Positions 15,501-23,561 of a stretch of DNA of 30,403 nt are shown here, in pieces. Each line of letters opens with the position of its first letter. Positions within the stretch are counted from its first letter, which is position 1. The DNA is from Thermoplasmatota archaeon (lineage in GTDB: Archaea > Thermoplasmatota > Poseidoniia > Poseidoniales > Thalassarchaeaceae). The notes beneath the pieces are model-generated. The model did not search any database. It was not told the origin of the DNA and saw only the letters and a list, made by a program, of their open reading frames with translations. The translations under genes and the position numbers were made by a program. The stretch lies in contig JAYZLU010000028.1 of assembly GCA_036153975.1 (NCBI GenBank), positions 1 to 30,403 on the forward strand. The letters run 5' to 3'.

Positions 15501-17707
15501 GCGATGGAATTCAGCGGGAAGCCGTCTGGGTAGGCGTCGTTCGTGTGGTTTAGCCTCGTGTACATCACGGTCTCGCCTTGTGTCTCGTTGTAGTTGTCGA
15601 GCCAAGCGATGTGCACGTTATCGAAGGAGTCGGTAATTATCGCTGGAAAGTGGGAGTTGGCAGCAAATGGCCTATCTGCCGGAATTCCTGCAGGGCCTTC
15701 GACATCGGAGATTGCCCCATCTGCAATCAGCTTGATTCCGAAGGTAGGGAGCCCCCCTGGTGCTCCGTTCCACGCTGCTGAGCCTCGCAGCCTCAGTTTG
15801 GTGTAATAGACCTCGTAGTTGACATCAATCTCGAATCCGTAGACTCGTCCGTCCTGCCAGACGAGATGGGTGTTTCCGGAAGAATCAATGGAAATCGCGG
15901 GATGGAGACTGTAGGCGTCATCGATGGTTATCCTCGTGTCATTGACGACTACGAGGTGGCCGTATCCTTGTTCGTCCTCGGAGGGGCCGAGGTCCTCGGA
16001 GTAGTAGCCGTATTGGCTGTTCATCTCTGTTCCCGAGTCCCCCGGCACCCACCCAGGCCATGGGTTTTCGAGGAGCGAGAGGGGGTCGAGGACGGTCATG
16101 TAAATCTCGCGGGAGTTGTTGGTCGCAAGGTAAACCATCGCCTCGACCATGATCTCCAACTCGGTGGACGAAGAGGAGGAGGTTGGGAAGCTGTACATCT
16201 GGCCGCCTGCGTTGGTGAGTCGGGTTGTCGAGCCGGGGCATGTTCTGGTGTTCAGGCCGGCGCCGTTCGGGCACTGGGCAAGATCCTGCATGTAGGAGCC
16301 GACTCCAGTGTCCGAGCCGGCCCAGAGCGGAGTTGGGATGATGTCTGCGATGACGCAAGCGTCGTGGGCTTGGTTGATGCTCTGGGTGTCATCGTTGTCC
16401 ATCGGCGTGCCGCCGTAGGGCCCCTCGTCCGAAATCGGGATTACGATCTTGGTCGCGTTGGGGTTCCACGGGTGGTCTGCCGAGGTCGGAGGGTTGCCGG
16501 GGACGTTGCCTGAGATGTCTCGCCAGGACAAGCAGGCCCAAGTCGAAGCAGGGCCCCAGAACTCGCTGTAGTAGCCACCGTCGGCGGGTAGGTCGACTGC
16601 TTGGTTGTTGTAAACCACTTGTGTCAGCTCCCTGATGCCACCCGAGTCGTCCCCGGGCGTCAGTCCCAACGGGAGGTTCCTCGGCCCCTGACTCCCAGAG
16701 CCACCGGTCTGGTAGGCATCAGCGCAGGCTCCGCTCGTTGCGGCTGACGGCCAGTTGCCGCTGAGTGCGTACAGGGTCTCGTACACCGTCATGTTAGCAC
16801 TCACTAGCAGTGGCTTGAGCCCGGGGAAGAATCCTCCGCTAGCGAAGTTGCCGCCGTAGAACACGACGCACATGTCGGCCCATTCGGTGTTCATCGATCC
16901 AGAGGTGTCGATGGGAACGGCCATCTCCACCTTTCCTCCTCTGGTATCGTCCCACACAATCTGAACGAAGTCGTCGACATCGACGGCGATGTCGGGATGG
17001 CCCTTGTGGCCGAGAATTGGCGTCAACAGTGTGTCATCGACCTCGATGATGGCTGTCCTAGCTATGTGGTCTATCGAGAGCATCTTGTAGTATATCTGTG
17101 GCTGCTGGTAGAACTTCTCCAGCGGCTCGAAGTGGTCCTCCCAAACGATGTGGGGGTTGTTGTTGGAATCGACGTCGATTGCGGGCCAATCACGATTCTG
17201 GGGGTTGTTGGTAACCTCGTAGTCGTCGGGTAAGACCGAGAGCACCGAGTCGAGTGACGCGTCCCCGTTCTGATCGTCGAGGGATGGGTCCAGTAACGTG
17301 TACATGATCTTGTACTGGCCCGCCTTATCGGTCCAGACGATGTGGACCATGTCATTGTCGTCGACCTTAACGTCGGGGTGCCAAGCGCGTTGCTGACCTG
17401 GATCGGATATCTGTGTCTGCTCGATTAGGGTCTCTCCTCTGGGGTCGAGCATCTTGTAGTACAGGTGGTTGGTGTTACGACTCCAAACGACGTGAATGTT
17501 GCCTTCGGAGTCAGCATTAAGCGCAATCATCCTGTCATTGTGAGTACCGCTATCGACAACCTGGACTGCATCTGTCAGCACGATATCGGTGGCCGAAGCC
17601 GTTGGAACAAAGGCTGAGAGGAGGCTGACTAGCATGAGGGAGGCGAGCGCAATGCTGCTCCTCTTCACTCCTTGATATTCGAGTTGGCCCGAGCAAGGCT
17701 GCTGCAT
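12551..17707 (-). CDS. 1718-aa single-pass cell-surface protein: propeller-like repeats, inserted vWA, Ig-like repeats, CARDB, TM
   Basis: Signal peptide (SIALASLMLVSLLSAFVPTASA); 7 PxIxxDxxxxxHxxWxD repeats; DTSGS MIDAS; NTGN/NLGN/NHGN Ig-like repeats; CARDB (PDLEI...VDPDNVIVETDETNN); TM at 12632-12697. TATA-like GTTAAGTA at 17731-17738 fits a leaderless ATG at 17707; GTG 17668 is an alternative start. Confidence 0.9.
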   Translation of the reverse strand: MQQPCSGQLEYQGVKRSSIALASLMLVSLLSAFVPTASATDIVLTDAVQVVDSGTHNDRMIALNADSEGNIHVVWSRNTNHLYYKMLDPRGETLIEQTQISDPGQQRAWHPDVKVDDNDMVHIVWTDKAGQYKIMYTLLDPSLDDQNGDASLDSVLSVLPDDYEVTNNPQNRDWPAIDVDSNNNPHIVWEDHFEPLEKFYQQPQIYYKMLSIDHIARTAIIEVDDTLLTPILGHKGHPDIAVDVDDFVQIVWDDTRGGKVEMAVPIDTSGSMNTEWADMCVVFYGGNFASGGFFPGLKPLLVSANMTVYETLYALSGNWPSAATSGACADAYQTGGSGSQGPRNLPLGLTPGDDSGGIRELTQVVYNNQAVDLPADGGYYSEFWGPASTWACLSWRDISGNVPGNPPTSADHPWNPNATKIVIPISDEGPYGGTPMDNDDTQSINQAHDACVIADIIPTPLWAGSDTGVGSYMQDLAQCPNGAGLNTRTCPGSTTRLTNAGGQMYSFPTSSSSSTELEIMVEAMVYLATNNSREIYMTVLDPLSLLENPWPGWVPGDSGTEMNSQYGYYSEDLGPSEDEQGYGHLVVVNDTRITIDDAYSLHPAISIDSSGNTHLVWQDGRVYGFEIDVNYEVYYTKLRLRGSAAWNGAPGGLPTFGIKLIADGAISDVEGPAGIPADRPFAANSHFPAIITDSFDNVHIAWLDNYNETQGETVMYTRLNHTNDAYPDGFPLNSIASAIFDPWQKVPVTLWQSDKLGPNSPASPDYGMPPAFANDLGSGAHLGWSDTNKCNEDHNSNRYTLCYVHVLTGLVDVSLACDDKVQGNPNLLGYPYDCPIDAETFYHTIQPGDLTTFNMTIANPTPGPAELVKDTFTVTVDGVPNNWTATLFFATNNTPVFDSTPVFLEGGEVVPLYIRIRAPTIYQAKQDELAQITILATSHKDPAIRNQQLLLTLMDVVHGIELDTSHSQVDVEQGKSAVFSITIKNTGNVYDTFAFYDPSTLEGQNEWALPFGWGIDFPTSLSLDPGQSTTKNLKVSVPESQDPGTFVIYLKGWSTGEPVLSIDRGTFDVLELWINVSIRTTGNIVFQIGDTKQYVLPGECAYFAIEVTKHFTPGHIVFTTPGAPEEKPESFDLLTWQFNHWTVDLDFSEAPGGNSIPDKAPRYWAQIDTPYTVTAEMCAPYNSTAGIGESITVRAHLDGSPKVRDSVVILTNVVQRYELEAAIPNTILELYPGQSYQMDTTIENLGNGPDRYDISIASIVDASGGSHVWDMNIPRILFQELDRDESQTVPILVNVPEQTLAGQYTITFNVLSEEPFEGTRLQDNLVLRITIVEFHDMRISLDPAVESKIKTTAPSRIVRFTVNVTNHGNIPDQPTLHNHTVDVAGVWGVSPGMYALSTWRIDFALLEGFRTEYPREKPCVEIIVGEAPPEGECFVTPGLTVTLPMMEPYTTFQVVVIVTIAPDAALQDRFIGIKTKSMFGSSEVGGDHDETPIWDDSCTLDANKDGLPDNYPPACDTNEQILELRLRAPDLEIIEVEAAKTKGEIGEMLSVSVKVVNRGNAHATDVNIILCKDQSETDIKRNGCEEINIVYRQIVKAIMPIAEDDTEEPNSITLLYMVQAGNHDIVVVVDPDNVIVETDETNNIRRIPGGKMSSTLGVVDVGVDVIAKYSVPVIILGATFSLIGVSGYVIYGRRIAALSRFAELSSLLPGMEDDDLRF

Positions 17708-17793
17708 TGGACAAAGTCGATTTTACTGAATACTTAACCTAACCCCTCTGCGGTCACTATTTGGGAAATCTTGGGGCTCTCACAGAATCCTGC

Positions 17794-18420
17794 CTAGGCC
17801 CACTCAAGGGGATCGAAGTCCTTGCCGAAGCCACCGGTCTCGTCGGTGTCGATTTCGGATGTCCTAGGCTGGGATTGGGAACTTCTTTTCACAGCGCTCT
17901 TGGCAATCCAGTCATCGACCGGTCCTGGCTTGCCAGTTCCGGTTCCAAATCCGTACTTGATCTGGTGGATGAGAGAGAGCTTGGTCAGCCAGACTTTCCT
18001 CATCGTATGCATGAATTCGTTCTGGGACAGACCGTCGAACCAGACTGGTCTTGAGAGGTTGAACGCCTGAAGGGGTCCTGCAACCCCGTCACTGCTGCGG
18101 CCGACGTGGAGGACCCAGTCGAGATCTGAGGAGGTCAGATGGATTCGGGTGTCATGCAGCCACTCCTCCCAGCCGTCGGAATCCTCCGAAGCGAGCTCCC
18201 TCATCGAATTCTGCTGTCCTTCGTCGACTCGTGTGATGGAGTAAACAAGTGCTAAATTCCTCTTTTTCGGAATTACGACGTTGAACAAGTGGCCCTGCTT
18301 GGTTGGGGGGTACCTGACATGGAGATGCAGGATCGCTTGTGGGTCCCTGACTTCGCGAGCCTCCAATCGCTCACTGTCTAACCACGCCCTGATGGCCTTC
18401 CCAGCTTCTCGCGGATCCAC
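17794..18420 (-). CDS. Conserved archaeal hypothetical protein, DUF2299-like
   Basis: GTG start. IRAWLDSE..EV.D..A..H..V..P pattern resembles DUF2299 from memory; not verified. Confidence 0.55.
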   Translation of the reverse strand: MDPREAGKAIRAWLDSERLEAREVRDPQAILHLHVRYPPTKQGHLFNVVIPKKRNLALVYSITRVDEGQQNSMRELASEDSDGWEEWLHDTRIHLTSSDLDWVLHVGRSSDGVAGPLQAFNLSRPVWFDGLSQNEFMHTMRKVWLTKLSLIHQIKYGFGTGTGKPGPVDDWIAKSAVKRSSQSQPRTSEIDTDETGGFGKDFDPLEWA

Positions 18421-18440
18421 GGGCTCTGTAGGAGACCGTC

Positions 18441-19907
18441 CTATTTGAGCACGTTGAGGTTAGAGCGGGTCATCTCTAGCAACTCAACGATGCGGGCACC
18501 GTTGGCAGAAGAGGCTAGTTTAGCCCTTCTCCTCGAAGCCGTGAAATCAGTCCAGAGGTCATATCCACGAAGGAAAAATAGGTTGGAAATGTGGAACACC
18601 AACATGATTCCAATCGTTGTGATGGGAACCATCCAAGTTAGTCCGAGCGCTAGATACGCAAGGGCGAGGGCGATGGGGGGCCACACTAGTACGGGAGAGA
18701 ACATGGCTGCTAGCATGTGGTAGGTCGTCCTCGCGTCAACCCCCTCATCGGTACGGTTGCCCAGATACCAAGCAAAGAAGGCCTGTATGCCCGTAGACGG
18801 GAGGGTGATGGGGGCGGTGAGGATCATGATTAGGAGGCCCGTGAGTCCACTGGCCCACGCGGAGTGAGTCTTGAGAGAGAGGGCATCGAGTGAGCTCGCA
18901 TCGAGCTCGTTGTCATAGAAGATTCTGGCTGCCTCCCTCGCACTGTCAATTAGGGGATCATTGGGGGTCGAGCGGAGCAGTTCTCTCACCTCGCGTGCAG
19001 CGAGGACCTCGTCTCTCAGCGTCGTCAGGGGTGACCCAGACGCATTGGCTCTGAGATGCCCGAGCAGGTGCCAAGCCCGATAGGTCTCCCAATCGGGCGC
19101 ATCCGGGGTGATAGTGGAGAGTCCTTCGAACAGTGTTTCCCGTAGCTGGATCACATCCTCCGATAGCGGCTCGACCCATTTCCCCTCAAGCAGGAGGCGG
19201 CCGTTTTGGGAAGAACGCGATGACTCAATTGGAATCGGTTCGGCAAACTCGACGTAGACATCGGTCCTGAACCAATGATGGCACCGGTAGTGGAGACCGA
19301 CTGGCTGGAGGACTGGTCCGACCAGTCCCCTCTCGTCGGCGATGGCTGTCGCATTGAAAGCTAATCTCATCGTTCCCGTCTTGAATCTGTGTAGTCTTGA
19401 GTCCTGATGCGACTTGCCCTCCGGCATCACCACTGCGTTGTGGCCGGCGGCTATGCAGTGCGTCATGGTCAGCAGAGTTCGGTGGTTTATGCTACGAGCG
19501 TACTCCTCATCGGAAACCCCTCCGTCAATCTCTGGTTTGCGAATGACGGGTTGGGCCCCCATCCTACGAGTTAGCCACCCAATCAATGGCATGGTCATGA
19601 GGTCGTGGCGCCCCATCGTGATGACTCGGCTATCTTGGTTGTGGACTATCGAAAGCGGGTCGACCAGTCCGTTGATGTGAATCGAAGTGAAGATCCTGCC
19701 ACCTCCCGAGGGAGGGAGGGGGTCGACCTGCTTCCTGCGGAAGATGTAGTCCCAAGCAGTTCTGATCATCATTAGGATGACATACCAGAACAACGGGCTT
19801 CCGGGATGCCTGCCCGAGTGGGCCCAAGGCAGGCCGTTGAGTTTCCTCTTCCTGAGTTTCTTGGCTCCGCTGGACAGTTCCGGCTCGATGTCGGGCGCCT
19901 GCTGCAT
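18441..19907 (-). CDS. PlsC/GPAT-type glycerolipid acyltransferase with C-terminal membrane domain
   Basis: Block I HINGLVDP (HxxxxD), block III MPEGKSH...RFKTG, PVGLHY...FRTDVYVEFAEPI, then several TM helices. Start probably ATG 19907 or GTG 19916; the longer ORF start overlaps the HIT gene. Confidence 0.85.
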   Translation of the reverse strand: MQQAPDIEPELSSGAKKLRKRKLNGLPWAHSGRHPGSPLFWYVILMMIRTAWDYIFRRKQVDPLPPSGGGRIFTSIHINGLVDPLSIVHNQDSRVITMGRHDLMTMPLIGWLTRRMGAQPVIRKPEIDGGVSDEEYARSINHRTLLTMTHCIAAGHNAVVMPEGKSHQDSRLHRFKTGTMRLAFNATAIADERGLVGPVLQPVGLHYRCHHWFRTDVYVEFAEPIPIESSRSSQNGRLLLEGKWVEPLSEDVIQLRETLFEGLSTITPDAPDWETYRAWHLLGHLRANASGSPLTTLRDEVLAAREVRELLRSTPNDPLIDSAREAARIFYDNELDASSLDALSLKTHSAWASGLTGLLIMILTAPITLPSTGIQAFFAWYLGNRTDEGVDARTTYHMLAAMFSPVLVWPPIALALAYLALGLTWMVPITTIGIMLVFHISNLFFLRGYDLWTDFTASRRRAKLASSANGARIVELLEMTRSNLNVLK

Positions 19908-19959
19908 ACTAGTCACGGGGGTGCCACGAGGTTGGGGGTCTTGAGAATTCAGCGTATTG

Positions 19960-20385
19960 TCAGTCCAGAAGGTCGCGCATTGCTGATGCCATCCTCTCCC
20001 CATCCTCTTGATCTAAGGGACTGGACTTGAACGGCCATGCCAAGCCGCGGCCGTCTTCGAACTTGGGTATGATGTGGAAGTGTACGTGGGGGACGCTCTG
20101 GAAGGCATTGGGACCGTTGTTCTGCAGGACGTTAAACTCCGAGGCGCCGCTGACTTCGAGGGCAGCACGGGAGATGCGTGGCAAGACGCATCCGATAGCC
20201 TGCGCTGACTCTTCTGATAGCGCGTCCAGAGTCTCCGCCGCCTCCTTGGGGACGACGAGAGTGTGCCCGGGGCTGAATGGGTTGACATCGAGGAAGGAGA
20301 ACACGTGCTCGTCCTCGTAGACCTTGTGACACGGCATCTCGCCGTTGATGATTAGGCTGAAGATGCTGGGTCCACTCTCTCCCAC
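19960..20385 (-). CDS. HIT-family nucleotide hydrolase (Hint/HinT-like)
   Basis: SIFSLII.GE.P..KVYED, FLDVNP.SPGHTLVVPK and the histidine triad HVHFHIIP. Confidence 0.95.
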   Translation of the reverse strand: MGESGPSIFSLIINGEMPCHKVYEDEHVFSFLDVNPFSPGHTLVVPKEAAETLDALSEESAQAIGCVLPRISRAALEVSGASEFNVLQNNGPNAFQSVPHVHFHIIPKFEDGRGLAWPFKSSPLDQEDGERMASAMRDLLD

Positions 20386-20389
20386 ATTA

Positions 20390-21844
20390 TCACCCCGAAT
20401 CGGCGATTGCCTCTGCTATCGTAACCAACCCTTCCAACTGCAAGGCTGAGATCAACTCGGTATTCATCACAGGAGATTTGTCCGTTACCCTGATGCCCGC
20501 CTCTCGAATTTCACTGATGCTGGCGTACGCAGCAGCGTGTGCGGCGTCGTCGGTTGCGCCGTTGATGGATCTCATCGCCGAGACTAGCCTAGCAGCAACC
20601 TGCCCGACGGGCCAGCCATCGGAGGATTGGAGTGAAGCGATGTGGGCAGAGGCTGAGTTCTCTGATTCACTGATGTTAGAGGATCCGCCAAACTGGTTTT
20701 CTTGCGCCCAGATAGCTGCGTGGGTGCCAGCTGCCTTGCCTGAGACCAAATCATCGAGTAGCAGGTTTCCGGCCAGCATCCCGTCACCGTGCATGCCGCT
20801 GTGAGCGCTCCTGCCCGCAGCATATAGGCCTGTGAACCACATCTTGCCTGGAAAACCCTCGGGAGTGAACCCTTCAAAGGTAACTCGTCCGAACTCGTCC
20901 GAGGGGGCTCCTCCGGTCGTAGCAGCAACTCCCGAGGTGATTGGGAAGACATCGCGGGAGATGTCTAGACCAAGTCGTTCCTTGACCCGGGAAGTAGTCT
21001 GGGAGAACCACAATTCGGCCTCCGAATCCATTCCTCGCAGATCGAGGATGCAGGGTTCGCCCTCCAAGACCGCCTCCGGCCCCACATCCTCCCCATCCTC
21101 CTTGCGAATCCGGCCACCTGAGCCGAGTACATCGAGGGGAATGTGCAAGTCGCAGTCCCTGATGGTGAGTGGGTGTCTAGGGATGCATCCCATCCCTCGG
21201 AGCTGGATGCCAACGGAGAGTGCGAGTGCTGAACCCGTGCCGGGGCCGTTGGTGGGCGCGGACCATAGGCCTTGGTGTCCCTCTGTGGCGAGGATGACGG
21301 CCTTAGCCTGGATTGATTGAATCTCTCCTGTCAAGACGTTGAGCGTGGTGACTCCCCGTGCCTGTTGGTTGTCGGAGACCAGTTGAATGGGGTGTGTGTC
21401 CGAACGCCTATGCACGCCTCGTTTGATGGCCTGCTCCTCGAGGACCCTGGTTATCTCGCGCACTGTGGAATCGCCGCAGCCCGTAAGCCTCGCCACGCTG
21501 TGCCCAGGGGCTGAGGAGGCATGCGGCAGGCCCCCTTCCCTCCTACGCAGGACGAGCCCCCAACGCTCCAGTTCAGCTAGCGTCGAGACGCTCTCGCCAC
21601 AAATCCTAGCGGCCGCCACCTTGTCTGTCGACTCGCCGCCCTCAGCGACCGTGTCGTCCCGGTGTGCCGAGGAGTCCAACTCGTCGATTGAGGCAGCCAA
21701 ACCAGCCAGTGGGGAGACGCCCGATGCAGAGCCTACGCCAGAGCCGTCTATCATCAGTGGGACGGTGCCGGAATCGGCACAAGCTATGGCTGCTCGCAAA
21801 GCGGCCGGGCCCGCACCCAGAATGACTACGTCCCACGACTCCAA
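20390..21844 (-). CDS. FAD-binding protein of the SdhA/FrdA/NadB fold, divergent and C-terminally shortened
   Basis: DVVILGAGPAALRAA dinucleotide-binding motif, AKAVILATEG, GLYAAG. TTG start; the frame is closed by TGA at 21875-21877 with no upstream ATG. Confidence 0.82.
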   Translation of the reverse strand: MESWDVVILGAGPAALRAAIACADSGTVPLMIDGSGVGSASGVSPLAGLAASIDELDSSAHRDDTVAEGGESTDKVAAARICGESVSTLAELERWGLVLRRREGGLPHASSAPGHSVARLTGCGDSTVREITRVLEEQAIKRGVHRRSDTHPIQLVSDNQQARGVTTLNVLTGEIQSIQAKAVILATEGHQGLWSAPTNGPGTGSALALSVGIQLRGMGCIPRHPLTIRDCDLHIPLDVLGSGGRIRKEDGEDVGPEAVLEGEPCILDLRGMDSEAELWFSQTTSRVKERLGLDISRDVFPITSGVAATTGGAPSDEFGRVTFEGFTPEGFPGKMWFTGLYAAGRSAHSGMHGDGMLAGNLLLDDLVSGKAAGTHAAIWAQENQFGGSSNISESENSASAHIASLQSSDGWPVGQVAARLVSAMRSINGATDDAAHAAAYASISEIREAGIRVTDKSPVMNTELISALQLEGLVTIAEAIADSG

Positions 21845-21911
21845 GGCAATCGAGTCGGTCCAACGGTCGTAATCTCATGAACGTGACGCCCCGCCCCCGT
21901 CTCTGCGGCGT

Positions 21912-23408
21912 TCAGTCGGCGACCGAGATTGCAAGCCGCCTGACAGCAACAGCGGCCACGAGCATCTTTTCGGCGGCGCCTTCGGGGTTGAAGCCGGAGG
22001 AGAGCGAGGTTGTGACCACGATGGACGATAGGGTCTCTCCCTGTGGTCCTCGCAATGTGACTTGGACGGGGCGAGATCCGGCTGTCGTGTCGGGCCATGC
22101 AAGACCGATCCACAATACGATGCAGTTGTCAATCAGCCTCCCCAGCACATCGACCAAATCGTTTCCCTCCTCACCTAGTTTGGCCGGTCCCTTGGGCTGC
22201 CTGGACAAAGGTGGGTTTACTCGGAGCGTCTGCAGGTGAGGCTCACCGTCCGCTGCGATAATCTCGATTCCTACCTGTGAGGTCTCGTGAGAGTGGTTGT
22301 GGACCATTACAAACAGGTCCCCCTGACCCTGAGAGCATCGTGGAGGGATGTCGAGGTCCATGCGCCACATGTTCTCGATTAGGGATGCGTGTCCCTTCAT
22401 CGCTGAGTCCTGAAGCCTGTCAATCAGGCGAAACAGCCCCGGTTGCCATGCTCTGGTGTGCGCCATCAGTCTGCGTAGGGTCCTGATGCTGAACTTCGAG
22501 TCGTCACTAGTCAGGCCATCAATGGCAGCCACCCGGAATACTCGCTTGGCCTCCGACAACAGCCGTTCGTCGTCGAGCAACCCCAGGTGATTGAGGTGTA
22601 AAACCCGGAGCAGGTGCTCAACTGCTGATTCTGGAGTCTGGTTTGACCTTACTTTCTCTTCGAGGTCGCGCACCCAGTCGTCCCAAGCGCCTGCTGTCTC
22701 AGGGTCGAGATGGGCCACTAGCAAATCGGACAGCACGCGGTCAAGCGTACTCTGGTGGAGGGTCGGTGCATGTAGGGACAGCAGCGGGAAGTCCTCGTTC
22801 CTCATTGGAATGCCCTGTTCCAGCTTCAATGCGTTAAGCAGGGCGATTACCCCGAGGAAGACCGCAAGGCCATAGAGGAGCGAAGCGAGGATTGTCCCAG
22901 TATCGAAATTGCCAACGGAATTGATAGAGAACGCGGCGATCAGCGCGCACAGAAGGCGCGTGCGCTCACGCAGGACTCGCTCGTGCAGGGTATTCAGAAT
23001 CCTCTCGACCCCGGGATATGCCTCCAAGGAGCGCTTGCCAGTCACCTTGAGTTGGAGGCGGTCTCTAGCAGACATCTGAGCGAACGTCGATGCCAGCAAT
23101 GTCGGTATGCAGAGCACAGAGAGTGCGATGAACAGAGCGACACCTACTTCGTCGATAGCGAATTTCCAACCTGCCAACAGGAGGGTTGCGTACGGAACCA
23201 CAACGGCGGCTAGCAGAAGGCGTAGACTTGGCGTCCCATTCAGGATTGCGGCTCGAGTCCAAAACCTCCTTTGCGAATCACGGGTCCTTACACTGCGAGA
23301 GAGTGCGGATTCGCCCCCCTGACCGAAGGTGCTGTCCTCGCCGTAGGGGTTGGGTAGCACGGAATCGCTCTTTTCCACGAACGGAGGGGGTGGCTTCTTC
23401 TGCTTCAT
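21912..23408 (-). CDS. Hypothetical integral membrane protein (about 4 TM, helical domain, beta-rich C-terminal domain)
   Basis: Long ORF with two pairs of hydrophobic helices in the first 200 aa. No family recognised. Confidence 0.75.
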   Translation of the reverse strand: MKQKKPPPPFVEKSDSVLPNPYGEDSTFGQGGESALSRSVRTRDSQRRFWTRAAILNGTPSLRLLLAAVVVPYATLLLAGWKFAIDEVGVALFIALSVLCIPTLLASTFAQMSARDRLQLKVTGKRSLEAYPGVERILNTLHERVLRERTRLLCALIAAFSINSVGNFDTGTILASLLYGLAVFLGVIALLNALKLEQGIPMRNEDFPLLSLHAPTLHQSTLDRVLSDLLVAHLDPETAGAWDDWVRDLEEKVRSNQTPESAVEHLLRVLHLNHLGLLDDERLLSEAKRVFRVAAIDGLTSDDSKFSIRTLRRLMAHTRAWQPGLFRLIDRLQDSAMKGHASLIENMWRMDLDIPPRCSQGQGDLFVMVHNHSHETSQVGIEIIAADGEPHLQTLRVNPPLSRQPKGPAKLGEEGNDLVDVLGRLIDNCIVLWIGLAWPDTTAGSRPVQVTLRGPQGETLSSIVVTTSLSSGFNPEGAAEKMLVAAVAVRRLAISVAD

Positions 23409-23483
23409 GGCATCGGACTAGAGAAGCGCGAGGCACCAATTGTGCAGCGTCACATTTCTTGAGGGGTGAGTGCTCGCGAACAC

Positions 23484-23561
23484 GGGCGTGTAGCATAGCC
23501 TGGATAATGCACCGGCCTCCTAAGCCGGGGACCGCGGGTTCGAATCCTGCCGCGCCCGCCA
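23484..23561 (+). tRNA. tRNA-Arg(CCT), CCA encoded, no intron
   Basis: Acceptor GGGCGTG/CGCGCCC, anticodon arm CCGGC-CTCCTAA-GCCGG, T-loop TTCGAAT, 3' GCCA. Confidence 0.96.

Noticed and set aside
12551-17707. Many long plus-strand ORFs (e.g. 13244..13810, 13907..14479, 15866..16513) antisense to the surface protein
   Set aside because: Typical antisense shadows of a GC-rich gene with biased codon use; no recognisable motifs.
21642-21878. ATG-started ORF overlapping the flavoprotein start out of frame (frameshift or uORF?)
   Set aside because: The flavoprotein frame already has the full N-terminal DVVILGAG motif after its TTG start; no missing sequence requires a frameshift.
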